The notes under the pieces: model-generated
Database searches by the model: none
What the model was told of the DNA's origin: nothing
What the model saw: the letters and a program-made list of their open reading frames with translations, nothing else
DNA from: Omnitrophica WOR_2 bacterium RIFCSPLOWO2_01_FULL_41_12
GTDB taxonomy: Bacteria > Omnitrophota > Gorgyraeia > Gygaellales > Profunditerraquicolaceae
Reading direction: 5' to 3'
Assembly (NCBI GenBank): GCA_001805765.1
Contig: MHGW01000042.1
Span: 1 to 30,676, forward strand
DNA length: 30,676 bases
Part shown: piece after piece, positions 7,570-16,445 of the stretch
Position numbering within the stretch: the first letter of the stretch is position 1
Layout of the letters: every line of letters starts with the position of its first letter
Program-made: the position numbers and the translations under genes

Positions 7570-8127
7570 ATGAAAAAGATTTTGATTGGCTTAGGGATAG
7601 CATTAGTATTAATTATTGTATCTTTTATTTCGGTTTATAATAGTATAGTTGCTAAAAACGAAACGATTACCGCTAAATGGGCGCAGGTGGAAAATCAGTT
7701 GCAAAGGCGCAATGATTTAATTCCTAATTTAGTAAATAGCGTCAAGGGTTATGCCGGCCACGAAAGAACGGTTTTTCAAGAGGTGACTAATGCCCGCTCT
7801 CAATGGGCCAAGGCAAATACCGCGGATGAGAAGATAAAGGCTGCAGGCGCCACAGATACGGCATTAGCCAGGCTACTTTTAGTGGTAGAGAATTATCCAA
7901 TCTTAAAGGCAGACCAGACATTTTTAAAACTGATGGATGAATTATCCGGGACAGAAAACAGGATTGCCGTAGAGAGGATGCGTTATAACGAATCTGTCAG
8001 GGACTATAATGTTACGGTGCGTATGTTTCCCGGAAATTTGATCGCCGGAATGTTTGGCTATAAGCCAGCTACAGAATATTTTAAAGCAGAAGAAAAAGCT
8101 AAATCTGTACCGGAAGTGAAATTTTGA
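7570..8127 (+). CDS. lemA: LemA family protein
   Basis: N-terminal TM helix, QLQRRNDLIPNLV, ENYPILKAD, TENRIAVERMRYN and FPGNLIA. Confidence 0.95.
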   Translation: MKKILIGLGIALVLIIVSFISVYNSIVAKNETITAKWAQVENQLQRRNDLIPNLVNSVKGYAGHERTVFQEVTNARSQWAKANTADEKIKAAGATDTALARLLLVVENYPILKADQTFLKLMDELSGTENRIAVERMRYNESVRDYNVTVRMFPGNLIAGMFGYKPATEYFKAEEKAKSVPEVKF

Positions 8128-8131
8128 AAGA

Positions 8132-8160
8132 AGGGACAGTCCCCTGCGGGGACAGTCCCT
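8132..8160. repeat. Double-palindrome repeat, intergenic copy
   Basis: AGGGACAGTCCCCTGCGGGGACAGTCCCT is the exact reverse complement of 15541-15569. Confidence 0.9.
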
Positions 8161-8169
8161 TATAATAAA

Positions 8170-9366
8170 ATGAAATATATAGTCTTAGTTGGCGATGGAA
8201 TGGCGGATTATCCTATAAAAGAATTAGGCGGACGCACGCCCTTAGAGGTAGCTCGGACTCCCAATATGGATTTTATTGCTCAACACGGCAGGCTGGGCCG
8301 GATAAAAACCATTCCGGATAAGATGGCGCCTGCCTCGGATGTGGCCAATATTGCTATTTTAGGTTATGACCCGCAGAAATTCTATACCGGCAGAGGCCCT
8401 TTAGAGGCGGCAAATTTAGGCCTGGATTTAGAAGACGAAGATGTGGCTTTTCGCTGTAACTTGATTACTGCTTCAGGCGACAGCATTGTGGATTATAGCG
8501 CCGGCCATATCAGCTCTAAAGAAGCGGGCGAATTGATAAAATTTATTGACCAGAATTTAGGCACTAATCACATTAAGTTTTATCCCGGGGTAAGTTACCG
8601 GCACCTGATGTTAATAAAAAGAGGTGCTGAAGAACATTTGCAGGATTTAGTCTGTCAGCCGCCGCATGATATTACCGGCTTTAGTATCTCCAAGAATTTA
8701 CCCAAAGGAGAAAGCGCAGAAATTATTATCAGGTTAATGCAGGAGTCACGCAAGATTTTAGAGAGCCATGAAATAAATCAGGTCAGGATTGATTTAAAAG
8801 AGAATCCTGCGAATATGATCTGGCTCTGGGGCCCGGGTAAGAAACCCAGCCTGCCGAAATTTTCGCAAAAATACGGACTTTCGGGAAGCGTAATCTCCGC
8901 AGTAGACTTAATTAAGGGTTTAGGCAGGATATTAGATTTGCAAGTCATCAATGTCAAGGGCGCCACCGGCTATTATGATACGGATTATGCGGCTAAGGCA
9001 AAGGCGGCATTGAAATCCCTGGAGGAAAAAGATTTTGTCTTTTTACACGTAGAAGCGCCTGATGAAGCCGGCCATAACGGAGATCTACGGGAGAAAATTA
9101 CCGCGATTGAAAGGTTTGACCAATTAGTCGTCGGCACTATTTTAAATGCTTTAAAACGCAAAAAGAACTCGCGGATCTTAGTTTTACCCGACCATGCTAC
9201 GCCTGTTTCGCTAAAGACGCATGTGCCGGATCCGGTATTTTTTGGTATATACGGCAAAGGTATTATCGGCAGAGGATTTTTAAATTACAGCGAAAAAGAG
9301 GCAGAGAAATCCGACCTTTATTTTGAAAAAGGCCATGAACTGATGGATTATTTTATTAAATTATGA
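8170..9366 (+). CDS. apgM: Cofactor-independent phosphoglycerate mutase, ApgM type (family also proposed as homoserine kinase)
   Basis: GDGMAD, PASDVAN (phospho-Ser), SYRHL, HVEAPDEAGH and PDHATP. Confidence 0.85.
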   Translation: MKYIVLVGDGMADYPIKELGGRTPLEVARTPNMDFIAQHGRLGRIKTIPDKMAPASDVANIAILGYDPQKFYTGRGPLEAANLGLDLEDEDVAFRCNLITASGDSIVDYSAGHISSKEAGELIKFIDQNLGTNHIKFYPGVSYRHLMLIKRGAEEHLQDLVCQPPHDITGFSISKNLPKGESAEIIIRLMQESRKILESHEINQVRIDLKENPANMIWLWGPGKKPSLPKFSQKYGLSGSVISAVDLIKGLGRILDLQVINVKGATGYYDTDYAAKAKAALKSLEEKDFVFLHVEAPDEAGHNGDLREKITAIERFDQLVVGTILNALKRKKNSRILVLPDHATPVSLKTHVPDPVFFGIYGKGIIGRGFLNYSEKEAEKSDLYFEKGHELMDYFIKL

Positions 9367-10955
9367 ATTCCTTGTTTATTGTTATCATAGCCATAGTATT
9401 GTTTTTCTTGGCCTATAAATTCTATGCTAAAAAATTAGAAGGCCTTTGGCAGATTGACCCTAAAAGGCCGACTCCGGCTTTTTCCAAATATGACAGCGTA
9501 GATTATATCCCGGCAAAAAACTGGCTGGTTTTGTTTGGCCATCATTTTGCCTCTATTGCCGGAGCAGGCCCGATTATCGGGCCGGTGATTGCGGTGATGC
9601 TCTGGGGTTGGCTGCCGGCTTATATTTGGGTAATTTTCGGCACCATCTTTATCGGCGGAGTGCATGATTTTGGGGCATTGATTACTTCCGTGCGGGAAGG
9701 CGGTTCTTCAGTGGCGGATATTGCCCAGCATGTTATTTCCCGAAGGGCGAAGATTATTTTTTCCCTGTTTGTGTGGCTGGCCTTAATTTTAGTCATTGCT
9801 GTCTTTGCCTATCTTTGTGCGGATACCTTTGTCAAAGAACCCAAGATTGTTTTACCATCATTAGGATTAATACCGGTAGCCATGCTGGTAGGGTATCTTT
9901 TATATCATTTACGGGTAAATAGCGTATTGGCTACTATATTTGGCCTGGTATCTTTATTAGGCCTCATATTTTTAGGTAACCACATAGCTATTAATAATAA
10001 TTTAACCTTCTGGTTATTCGTTCTCTTTATCTATTGTTTTTTTGCTTCTGTTTTACCGGTAAACATACTTTTACAGCCGCGGGATTATCTTTCCAGTTTC
10101 TTATTATTTTTTGGCCTAGGCGCAGGATATCTAGGTTTATTATTATTTCCCCCCAAAATGAATATGCCTTTTTATCACAGCGGGATGTCTTCTGAAGGTT
10201 ATCTCTGGCCGGCATTATTTGTGACCGTGGCCTGCGGAGCAGTTTCCGGTTTTCACGCTTTAATTGCCAGCGGCACATCTTCAAAACAAATTGCCAATGA
10301 ACGCCAGGTAAGGAGAATCGGATACGGAGGAATGGTCGCCGAGGGCTTGGTAGCAGTGTTAGCCATAATTGCCACCGCATCTTTATTCAGGCCTGGCGAA
10401 GATTTTAGTAAAGCCTTAAAAACCCTGACCCCTATCGGAATATATGGTAAAGGATACGGGTTAATCACCAATAGAATTTTAGGTAATCACGGCGCTTTTA
10501 TCGCCATAACTATATTAAATGCATTTATCCTTACGACACTGGATACTGCGACAAGAATAGCCCGCTACTTAAGCGAAGAATTATTTAAAATCAAAAACCG
10601 TTATTTTTCAACCTTACTCATTGTCATCTTGGGTGCGGCTTTAGCCTTAAGCGGTAAATGGCAAAAAATCTGGCCGGCCTTTGGCGCATCCAATCAGTTA
10701 GTCGCTGCTCTGGCCTTATTTGTTTTAAGCTGTTGGCTTCTTTCCAAAGATAAAACGATAAAGTTTACTTTATTGCCGGCGTTCTTTATGCTGGTTACCG
10801 CTGTGGCAGCATTAGTATTACAGACCATCAAATATTTTGTCCATAAAGATATTGTGCTTTGTATGATTAGCGGCAGTTTAATTATATTATCGGTAATTAT
10901 GGTTTATGAAATTATCCGCTCATTGAAGGAGAAAAAAGCATGCATAAGGGTTTAA
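9363..10955 (+). CDS. cstA: Carbon starvation protein A family transporter
   Basis: GHHFASIAGAGPIIGP, GGVHDF, ACGAVSGFH, YGGMVAEG, TTLDTATR and WPAFGASNQL, with many TM helices. Confidence 0.93.
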   Translation: MNSLFIVIIAIVLFFLAYKFYAKKLEGLWQIDPKRPTPAFSKYDSVDYIPAKNWLVLFGHHFASIAGAGPIIGPVIAVMLWGWLPAYIWVIFGTIFIGGVHDFGALITSVREGGSSVADIAQHVISRRAKIIFSLFVWLALILVIAVFAYLCADTFVKEPKIVLPSLGLIPVAMLVGYLLYHLRVNSVLATIFGLVSLLGLIFLGNHIAINNNLTFWLFVLFIYCFFASVLPVNILLQPRDYLSSFLLFFGLGAGYLGLLLFPPKMNMPFYHSGMSSEGYLWPALFVTVACGAVSGFHALIASGTSSKQIANERQVRRIGYGGMVAEGLVAVLAIIATASLFRPGEDFSKALKTLTPIGIYGKGYGLITNRILGNHGAFIAITILNAFILTTLDTATRIARYLSEELFKIKNRYFSTLLIVILGAALALSGKWQKIWPAFGASNQLVAALALFVLSCWLLSKDKTIKFTLLPAFFMLVTAVAALVLQTIKYFVHKDIVLCMISGSLIILSVIMVYEIIRSLKEKKACIRV

Positions 10956-12160
10956 TTGTGCAGAAATTCGGCGGCTCTTCCGTAGCTAATCTCAGCCGCA
11001 TCCAGAATGTGGCCAGAAGAGTGGTCAATTACAGCAAAAAAGGCTATGACTTGGTAGTGGTGGTTTCTGCTTTGGGAGATACCACTGACGAACTCATTGA
11101 GTTAGCGCATAAAATTAACCCTGAGCCTGCGGAGAGGGAAATGGATATGCTTTTATCCACCGGCGAACAGATTTCCGTGGCCTTGTTAGCTATGGCTATC
11201 CATAAGTTAGGCTATGAGGCTATATCTTTTACCGGAGCGCAGGTAGGCATTATTACTGATACCAGCCATACCCGCGCCCGGATTTTAAAAATAAATGCGG
11301 ATAAAATAAAGGAAGAACTAAAAAACGGAAAGATCGTGATTGTCGCCGGTTTTCAGGGAGTTACTTTAAATCAAGATATTACTACTTTAGGCCGGGGCGG
11401 TTCGGATTTAACTGCCGTGGCCTTGGCCAAGGAATTGTGTGCCCGCGAATGCCAGATATATACTGATGTCGCGGGTATTTATACTACTGACCCGCACATA
11501 GAACGCCGGGCCAAGAAAATTTCCCGTATTACTTATGATGAGATGCTGGAGATGGCATCGTTGGGTGCCCAGGTAATGCAGGCGCGCTCCATAGAGGTAG
11601 CCAAAAAATTCAATGTGCCTATACATGTGCGCTCTTCATTTTCTAAAAAATCCGGAACCATGATTGTAAGGGAGGTTAAAAGAATGGAAGACGTAGTGGT
11701 AAGCGGGGTAACTCTAAATAAAAAAGAGGCCAAGATTACGGTTTGTAATGTCCCTGACCGTCCGGGCGTAGCCGCCAAGATATTCAAAGAATTATCCAGC
11801 GGCGGAATAAGTGTGGATATGATTGTGCAGAATGTCAGCCATACCCGGCAAACCGACATTTCTTTTACCGTAAATAAATCCGGCTTGAGCAAGGCATCCC
11901 GAATCACTAAAAAGATTGCCCGGCAAATACAGGCAGATGATGTCTTGGAGGATCAAGATATCGCCCGGGTTTCCATTGTGGGCGTAGGGATGAAGTCACA
12001 TCCGGGTGTCGCTGCTAAGATGTTTGAATCTCTGGCTAAAAATAAGATTAATATTGAGATGATTTCTACTTCCGATATCAGCATATCCTGTATTATCAAA
12101 AAGAAATCCGGAGAGACCGCAGTCAGGGCATTGCATGAAAAATTCGGGTTAGCAAAATAG
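10940..12160 (+). CDS. lysC: Aspartate kinase with two ACT domains
   Basis: VQKFGGSSV, VVVVSALG, TTLGRGGSDLTAV, IYTDV and two C-terminal ACT repeats. Confidence 0.96.
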   Translation: MHKGLIVQKFGGSSVANLSRIQNVARRVVNYSKKGYDLVVVVSALGDTTDELIELAHKINPEPAEREMDMLLSTGEQISVALLAMAIHKLGYEAISFTGAQVGIITDTSHTRARILKINADKIKEELKNGKIVIVAGFQGVTLNQDITTLGRGGSDLTAVALAKELCARECQIYTDVAGIYTTDPHIERRAKKISRITYDEMLEMASLGAQVMQARSIEVAKKFNVPIHVRSSFSKKSGTMIVREVKRMEDVVVSGVTLNKKEAKITVCNVPDRPGVAAKIFKELSSGGISVDMIVQNVSHTRQTDISFTVNKSGLSKASRITKKIARQIQADDVLEDQDIARVSIVGVGMKSHPGVAAKMFESLAKNKINIEMISTSDISISCIIKKKSGETAVRALHEKFGLAK

Positions 12161-12171
12161 CGAGGTTGAAG

Positions 12172-13740
12172 ATGTCTAAAGTAAAATTATACGATACCAC
12201 TTTAAGGGACGGAGCGCAGGGAGAAGGTATTTCTTATTCGGTAATGGATAAGGTTAGGATTGCCCAGGAATTAGATAAATTAGGCATCCATTATATTGAG
12301 GGCGGCTGGCCGGGTTCTAACCCCAAAGATATGGAATTCTATTTAAAAATGGCAAAGGTACGCTTAAAGAATAGCGTATTGGTGGCTTTTGGTTCCACAC
12401 GTAAAGCCCATACCCACGCAAATCAAGACCAGAACTTAAAAGCTATTTTGAAATCACAGGCAAAGATTGTGGCTATCTTTGGTAAGACCTGGGATTTACA
12501 TATTAAAGACGTCTTAAAGACTACACTCGATGAGAACCTGCAGATGATTAAAGATAGTTTGAGTTTTCTGGCCTCAAAAGGCCTGATCGTATTTTATGAT
12601 GCCGAGCATTTCTTTGATGCCTATAAGGCTAATAAAGAATATAGCCTAAAGTGTCTGTTGACTGCTCAGGAAGCAGGCGCAAAGGCCATTGTTCTCTGCG
12701 ATACAAACGGCGGGACACTTACCTCTGAGATTTCCCGGGTTATTCAGGAAATCCGGCCTAAAATAAATGTTGGCTTAGGTATTCATTGTCATAATGATGC
12801 TGGTTTAGCAGTAGCAAATTCCCTGGTTGCCGTTGAGGCGGGTTGCGATATGGTCCAGGGTACAATTAATGGTTATGGCGAACGCTGCGGCAACGCGGAT
12901 TTAATCCCGCTTATTGCCAACCTGAAATTAAAATTGGGTATTGACTGTATCAGCGACGATAAATTAAAAGAATTGACTAGGGCTTCGCATTTTGTCAGCG
13001 AGATAAGCAATATGCGGCAAAAAGATGATCAACCTTATGCCGGCGTATCCAGTTTTGCCCATAAAGGCGGTGTGCATATTAATGCCGTAATGAAGAATCC
13101 CAGAACCTATGAGCATATTGAACCGTCACTGGTAGGGAATCGGCGCAGGATCTTGGTTTCGGAATTAGCGGGTAAGACCGGGATTTTAATTCGCGCCAAA
13201 GAATTAGAATTAGATTTAAGCAAAGAAGACCCCCAGACCAAAAGGATCCTTAAGCTCATCCAGAATTTAGAGCACCAGGGTTATCATTTTGAGGCGGCAG
13301 AGGCTTCCTTTGAATTATTAATGAAAAAAGCCCTGAAGAAGTATAAGAAATTTTTTGAATTAGAGGGTTTTCGGGTAGTGGTAGAGAAGCGTTCTGATAA
13401 AAAGATTGCGTCGGAGGCGATTATCAAATTAAAGGTAAAAGGCGTAAAAGAACACACTGCTGCTGAAGGCGACGGCCCGGTAAATGCCTTGGATAATGCC
13501 CTGCGTAAGGCATTAAAAGATTTTTATCCCACCCTATCCAAAATGCATCTTTCTGATTTTAAGGTGCGCGTATTGGAGGAGAAGGCAGGCACAGCTAGCC
13601 GGGTGCGTGTGCTTATCCAGTCTCAGGATGAAACAGATACCTGGAGCACTATCGGTGTTTCCGGAAATATTATTGAAGCCAGTTGGCAGGCATTAGTGGA
13701 TAGTGTGGAATATAAGTTATTGAAGGATAGAGTAGAATAA
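12172..13740 (+). CDS. cimA: Citramalate synthase (LeuA/CimA family)
   Basis: DTTLRDGAQGEG, IEGGWPGSNPKD, YDAEHFFD, HCHND, GERCGN, HKGGVH and a regulatory C-domain. SD GAGG precedes ATG12172. Confidence 0.88.
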   Translation: MSKVKLYDTTLRDGAQGEGISYSVMDKVRIAQELDKLGIHYIEGGWPGSNPKDMEFYLKMAKVRLKNSVLVAFGSTRKAHTHANQDQNLKAILKSQAKIVAIFGKTWDLHIKDVLKTTLDENLQMIKDSLSFLASKGLIVFYDAEHFFDAYKANKEYSLKCLLTAQEAGAKAIVLCDTNGGTLTSEISRVIQEIRPKINVGLGIHCHNDAGLAVANSLVAVEAGCDMVQGTINGYGERCGNADLIPLIANLKLKLGIDCISDDKLKELTRASHFVSEISNMRQKDDQPYAGVSSFAHKGGVHINAVMKNPRTYEHIEPSLVGNRRRILVSELAGKTGILIRAKELELDLSKEDPQTKRILKLIQNLEHQGYHFEAAEASFELLMKKALKKYKKFFELEGFRVVVEKRSDKKIASEAIIKLKVKGVKEHTAAEGDGPVNALDNALRKALKDFYPTLSKMHLSDFKVRVLEEKAGTASRVRVLIQSQDETDTWSTIGVSGNIIEASWQALVDSVEYKLLKDRVE

Positions 13741-16445
13741 TGCATGTTGAGCTTCCCAGTCAATATAACCCCAAAGAAACCGAAAATAAGTGGTATAAGT
13801 TTTGGCAAGAGCATAATCTATTTTCCGCAAAACCTAATCCTACCAAAAAACCTTTCTGCATAGTTATTCCTCCGCCCAATGTTACAGGTATCCTGCATAT
13901 GGGCCATGCCCTTAATAATACTATCCAAGATATCCTCATTAGATACCATCGGATGAAAGGCGAAGAATCTTTGTGGATGCCGGGAACTGACCATGCCGGT
14001 ATTGCCACGCAGAATGTAGTGGAGAAGGCGATTGCCAAGGAAGGATTAAAACGCCAGGATTTAGGTAGAGAGAAATTCCTGGAACGCGTCTGGCAGTGGC
14101 AGAAGGAATACGGCTCTACGATTATCCATCAACTGCAGAAACTGGGCGCATCCTGCGATTGGCAGAGGACGCGCTTTACTATGGACGAAGATTATTCCCG
14201 GTCAGTGATAGAGGCTTTTGTACGGTTATATGAAAAGGGACTGATTTACCAAGGTAATTATATTATCAACTGGTGCCCTCGGTGTCAGACTGCGCTTTCT
14301 GATGAAGAGGCGCCGCATAAAGAAATCCAAGGGAATCTTTATTATTTAAGATATCCTTTAAAGCAGGGACAGTCCCTTTCAGGGACAGTCCCTGCTTATA
14401 TTGTAGTGGCTACTACTCGTCCAGAAACTATGCTCGGCGATACCGCAGTAGCAGTAAATCCTAAAGATAAACGCTATAAGAAATATATTGGCCAAACTTT
14501 AATTTTACCTTTGATAAACCGGGAAATAAAAGTAATTGCGGACGCTATGGTAGATATGAAGTTCGGCACAGGCGCAGTCAAGGTAACGCCAGCGCACGAT
14601 CCCAATGATTATACATTGGGCAAGAAACATCATCTTGAATTTGTAAATATAATGTATGCTGATGCACGCTTAAACGAAAATGCCGGAGAATACAAGGATA
14701 TGGATAGGTTTGCAGCCAGAGATATTATCCTGAAGGACCTAAAAGAAAAAGGGCTATTGGAGAAAATAGAGCCGCATCAGTTGTCCGCAGGCCATTGTTA
14801 TCGTTGCCATACCATCATTGAGCCATATTTATCCAAGCAATGGTTTGTAAAAATGTCACCCCTTTCCAAACCCGCATTGGAAGTGGTGAGAAAAGGAAAA
14901 ATTAAATTCTATCCTAAACGTTGGACTAAGGTTTATCTTAACTGGATGGAGAATATCCAGGATTGGTGCATCTCGCGCCAAATCTGGTGGGGACACCGCC
15001 TGCCTGTTTATTATTGTAAAAACTGCCCAAATCTTCAACAAGCTGGTATTATTGTTTCCAGAATAAAGCCAGATAAATGTCCGAGCTGTGGCTCAACGGA
15101 TATTTATCAGGATGAAGATGTCTTGGATACCTGGTTTTCCTCGTGGCTGTGGCCGTTCGCCACTTTTAAAAATGGAGAAGATTTAAAATATTTCTATCCT
15201 ACCTCAAGTTTGGTCACTGCTCCGGAAATAATTTTTTTCTGGGTGGCGCGCATGATTATGGCGGGATTAGAATTTATGCAGGATATACCCTTTAAAGATG
15301 TTTATATCCATGGTACTGTACGCGATATTGAAGGTAAAAAAATGTCCAAATCCCTGGGGAATATTATTGACCCCTTAGAGATTATCCATGAATATGGCGC
15401 AGATGCCCTGCGTTTTAGCTTGATATCTATTACCGCCCAAGGCCAGGATGTGTTTTTATCCAAAGAAAGGTTCCAACAAGGCAGAAACTTCGCCAATAAA
15501 ATCTGGAATGCCTCCCGCTTTATTTTAATGAATCTTACCCAGGGACTGTCCCCGCAGGGGACTGTCCCTGCTATAGATTTATGCGTGTTTTTTAAGAAAG
15601 AGGACCTGGATATTGTCAACCGCTGGATATTAAGTAGGTTTTATACTGTACTGAAAGAGACTAATAAAAATTTAGAGGCCTATAAATTTAATGAGGCGGC
15701 AAATACCTTATACGGCTTTTTCTGGCATGAATTCTGCGATTGGTATTTAGAGATGATTAAATCCGATATTAAAAACCAGCGCAATCAAGTAGTGATGTAT
15801 AAAGTCTTAGAAAAATTCTTAAGGCTGATACACCCTTTTATGCCTTATATTAGCGAAGAAATCTGGCAGAGAATATATAATCAGGGACAGTCCCCTGGGG
15901 GAGGAGTCCCTGGAAATAGTATTATGATTCAGCCCTGGCCGCATGTGCAGGAACAGATGATCGATAAAAAAAAGGAAGATAAGTTGAATCTAATATTTGA
16001 GATAATTGCCAGCATCCGCAATATACGCCAGGAATTAGAAATACCACTCCAGAAGGAGATAGGGGTAATTATCGCCTCCCCAAATCAAGAAAACAGAAAA
16101 CTTATTGAAGAAATGTCCGGCCAGATAAAAAAAATAGCCAAATTAAGCAATCTCAATATTAATGCAAAATACAGCCACGTTAAATCCAGCGTTAGTGGCG
16201 TGATAAAGGATGTGCATGTAACCTGCCTGCTTTCTGGAATAATTGATTTGGAAAGAGAGAAAGCAAAGCTGGATGCACGTATCCGAGAATTAGCAGCACA
16301 GATAAGCGCTAAGAAAAAAACTTTAAGTAATAAAGCATTCTTAAAGAAAGCCCCGGAAGAAATAGTAGAAAAAGAGAGTGATGGACTTAAGGAATTAAAT
16401 GGTATTTTAAAGCGGATTAAGGAAATTAAGAATGAATTACAGTAA
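13740..16445 (+). CDS. valS: Valine--tRNA ligase, with three in-frame repeat insertions
   Basis: PPPNVTG, HMGH (HIGH), TTRPET, FGTGAVKVTPAHD, WCISRQIWWGH, KMSKS and a C-terminal coiled coil. Confidence 0.98.
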   Translation: MHVELPSQYNPKETENKWYKFWQEHNLFSAKPNPTKKPFCIVIPPPNVTGILHMGHALNNTIQDILIRYHRMKGEESLWMPGTDHAGIATQNVVEKAIAKEGLKRQDLGREKFLERVWQWQKEYGSTIIHQLQKLGASCDWQRTRFTMDEDYSRSVIEAFVRLYEKGLIYQGNYIINWCPRCQTALSDEEAPHKEIQGNLYYLRYPLKQGQSLSGTVPAYIVVATTRPETMLGDTAVAVNPKDKRYKKYIGQTLILPLINREIKVIADAMVDMKFGTGAVKVTPAHDPNDYTLGKKHHLEFVNIMYADARLNENAGEYKDMDRFAARDIILKDLKEKGLLEKIEPHQLSAGHCYRCHTIIEPYLSKQWFVKMSPLSKPALEVVRKGKIKFYPKRWTKVYLNWMENIQDWCISRQIWWGHRLPVYYCKNCPNLQQAGIIVSRIKPDKCPSCGSTDIYQDEDVLDTWFSSWLWPFATFKNGEDLKYFYPTSSLVTAPEIIFFWVARMIMAGLEFMQDIPFKDVYIHGTVRDIEGKKMSKSLGNIIDPLEIIHEYGADALRFSLISITAQGQDVFLSKERFQQGRNFANKIWNASRFILMNLTQGLSPQGTVPAIDLCVFFKKEDLDIVNRWILSRFYTVLKETNKNLEAYKFNEAANTLYGFFWHEFCDWYLEMIKSDIKNQRNQVVMYKVLEKFLRLIHPFMPYISEEIWQRIYNQGQSPGGGVPGNSIMIQPWPHVQEQMIDKKKEDKLNLIFEIIASIRNIRQELEIPLQKEIGVIIASPNQENRKLIEEMSGQIKKIAKLSNLNINAKYSHVKSSVSGVIKDVHVTCLLSGIIDLEREKAKLDARIRELAAQISAKKKTLSNKAFLKKAPEEIVEKESDGLKELNGILKRIKEIKNELQ
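14364..14393. repeat. Double-palindrome repeat, in-frame copy 1 in valS (QGQSLSGTVP)
   Basis: CAGGGACAGTCCCTTTCAGGGACAGTCCCT. With flanks (14361-14397, AAGC/GCTT) it forms a near-perfect long hairpin. Confidence 0.9.
15540..15569. repeat. Double-palindrome repeat, in-frame copy 2 in valS (QGLSPQGTVP)
   Basis: CAGGGACTGTCCCCGCAGGGGACTGTCCCT. Positions 15541-15569 are the exact reverse complement of 8132-8160. Confidence 0.9.
15882..15911. repeat. Double-palindrome repeat, degenerate in-frame copy 3 in valS (QGQSPGGGVP)
   Basis: CAGGGACAGTCCCCTGGGGGAGGAGTCCCT has 4 mismatches over 29 nt to the intergenic copy, all in the second half. Confidence 0.82.

Noticed and set aside
7458-7640. Arg/Trp-rich 60-aa ORF
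   Set aside because: It is a frame-shifted shadow of the Gly-rich GGN codons in the TPM tail and overlaps lemA.
11153-11161. TTATCCACC, an 8/9 DnaA-box match
   Set aside because: It is a single site inside lysC, with no cluster or AT-rich unwinding region.
8132-15911. CRISPR interpretation of the 29-30 bp repeats
   Set aside because: The copies are dispersed over kilobases, in both orientations and inside a gene, with no regular spacers and no cas genes.
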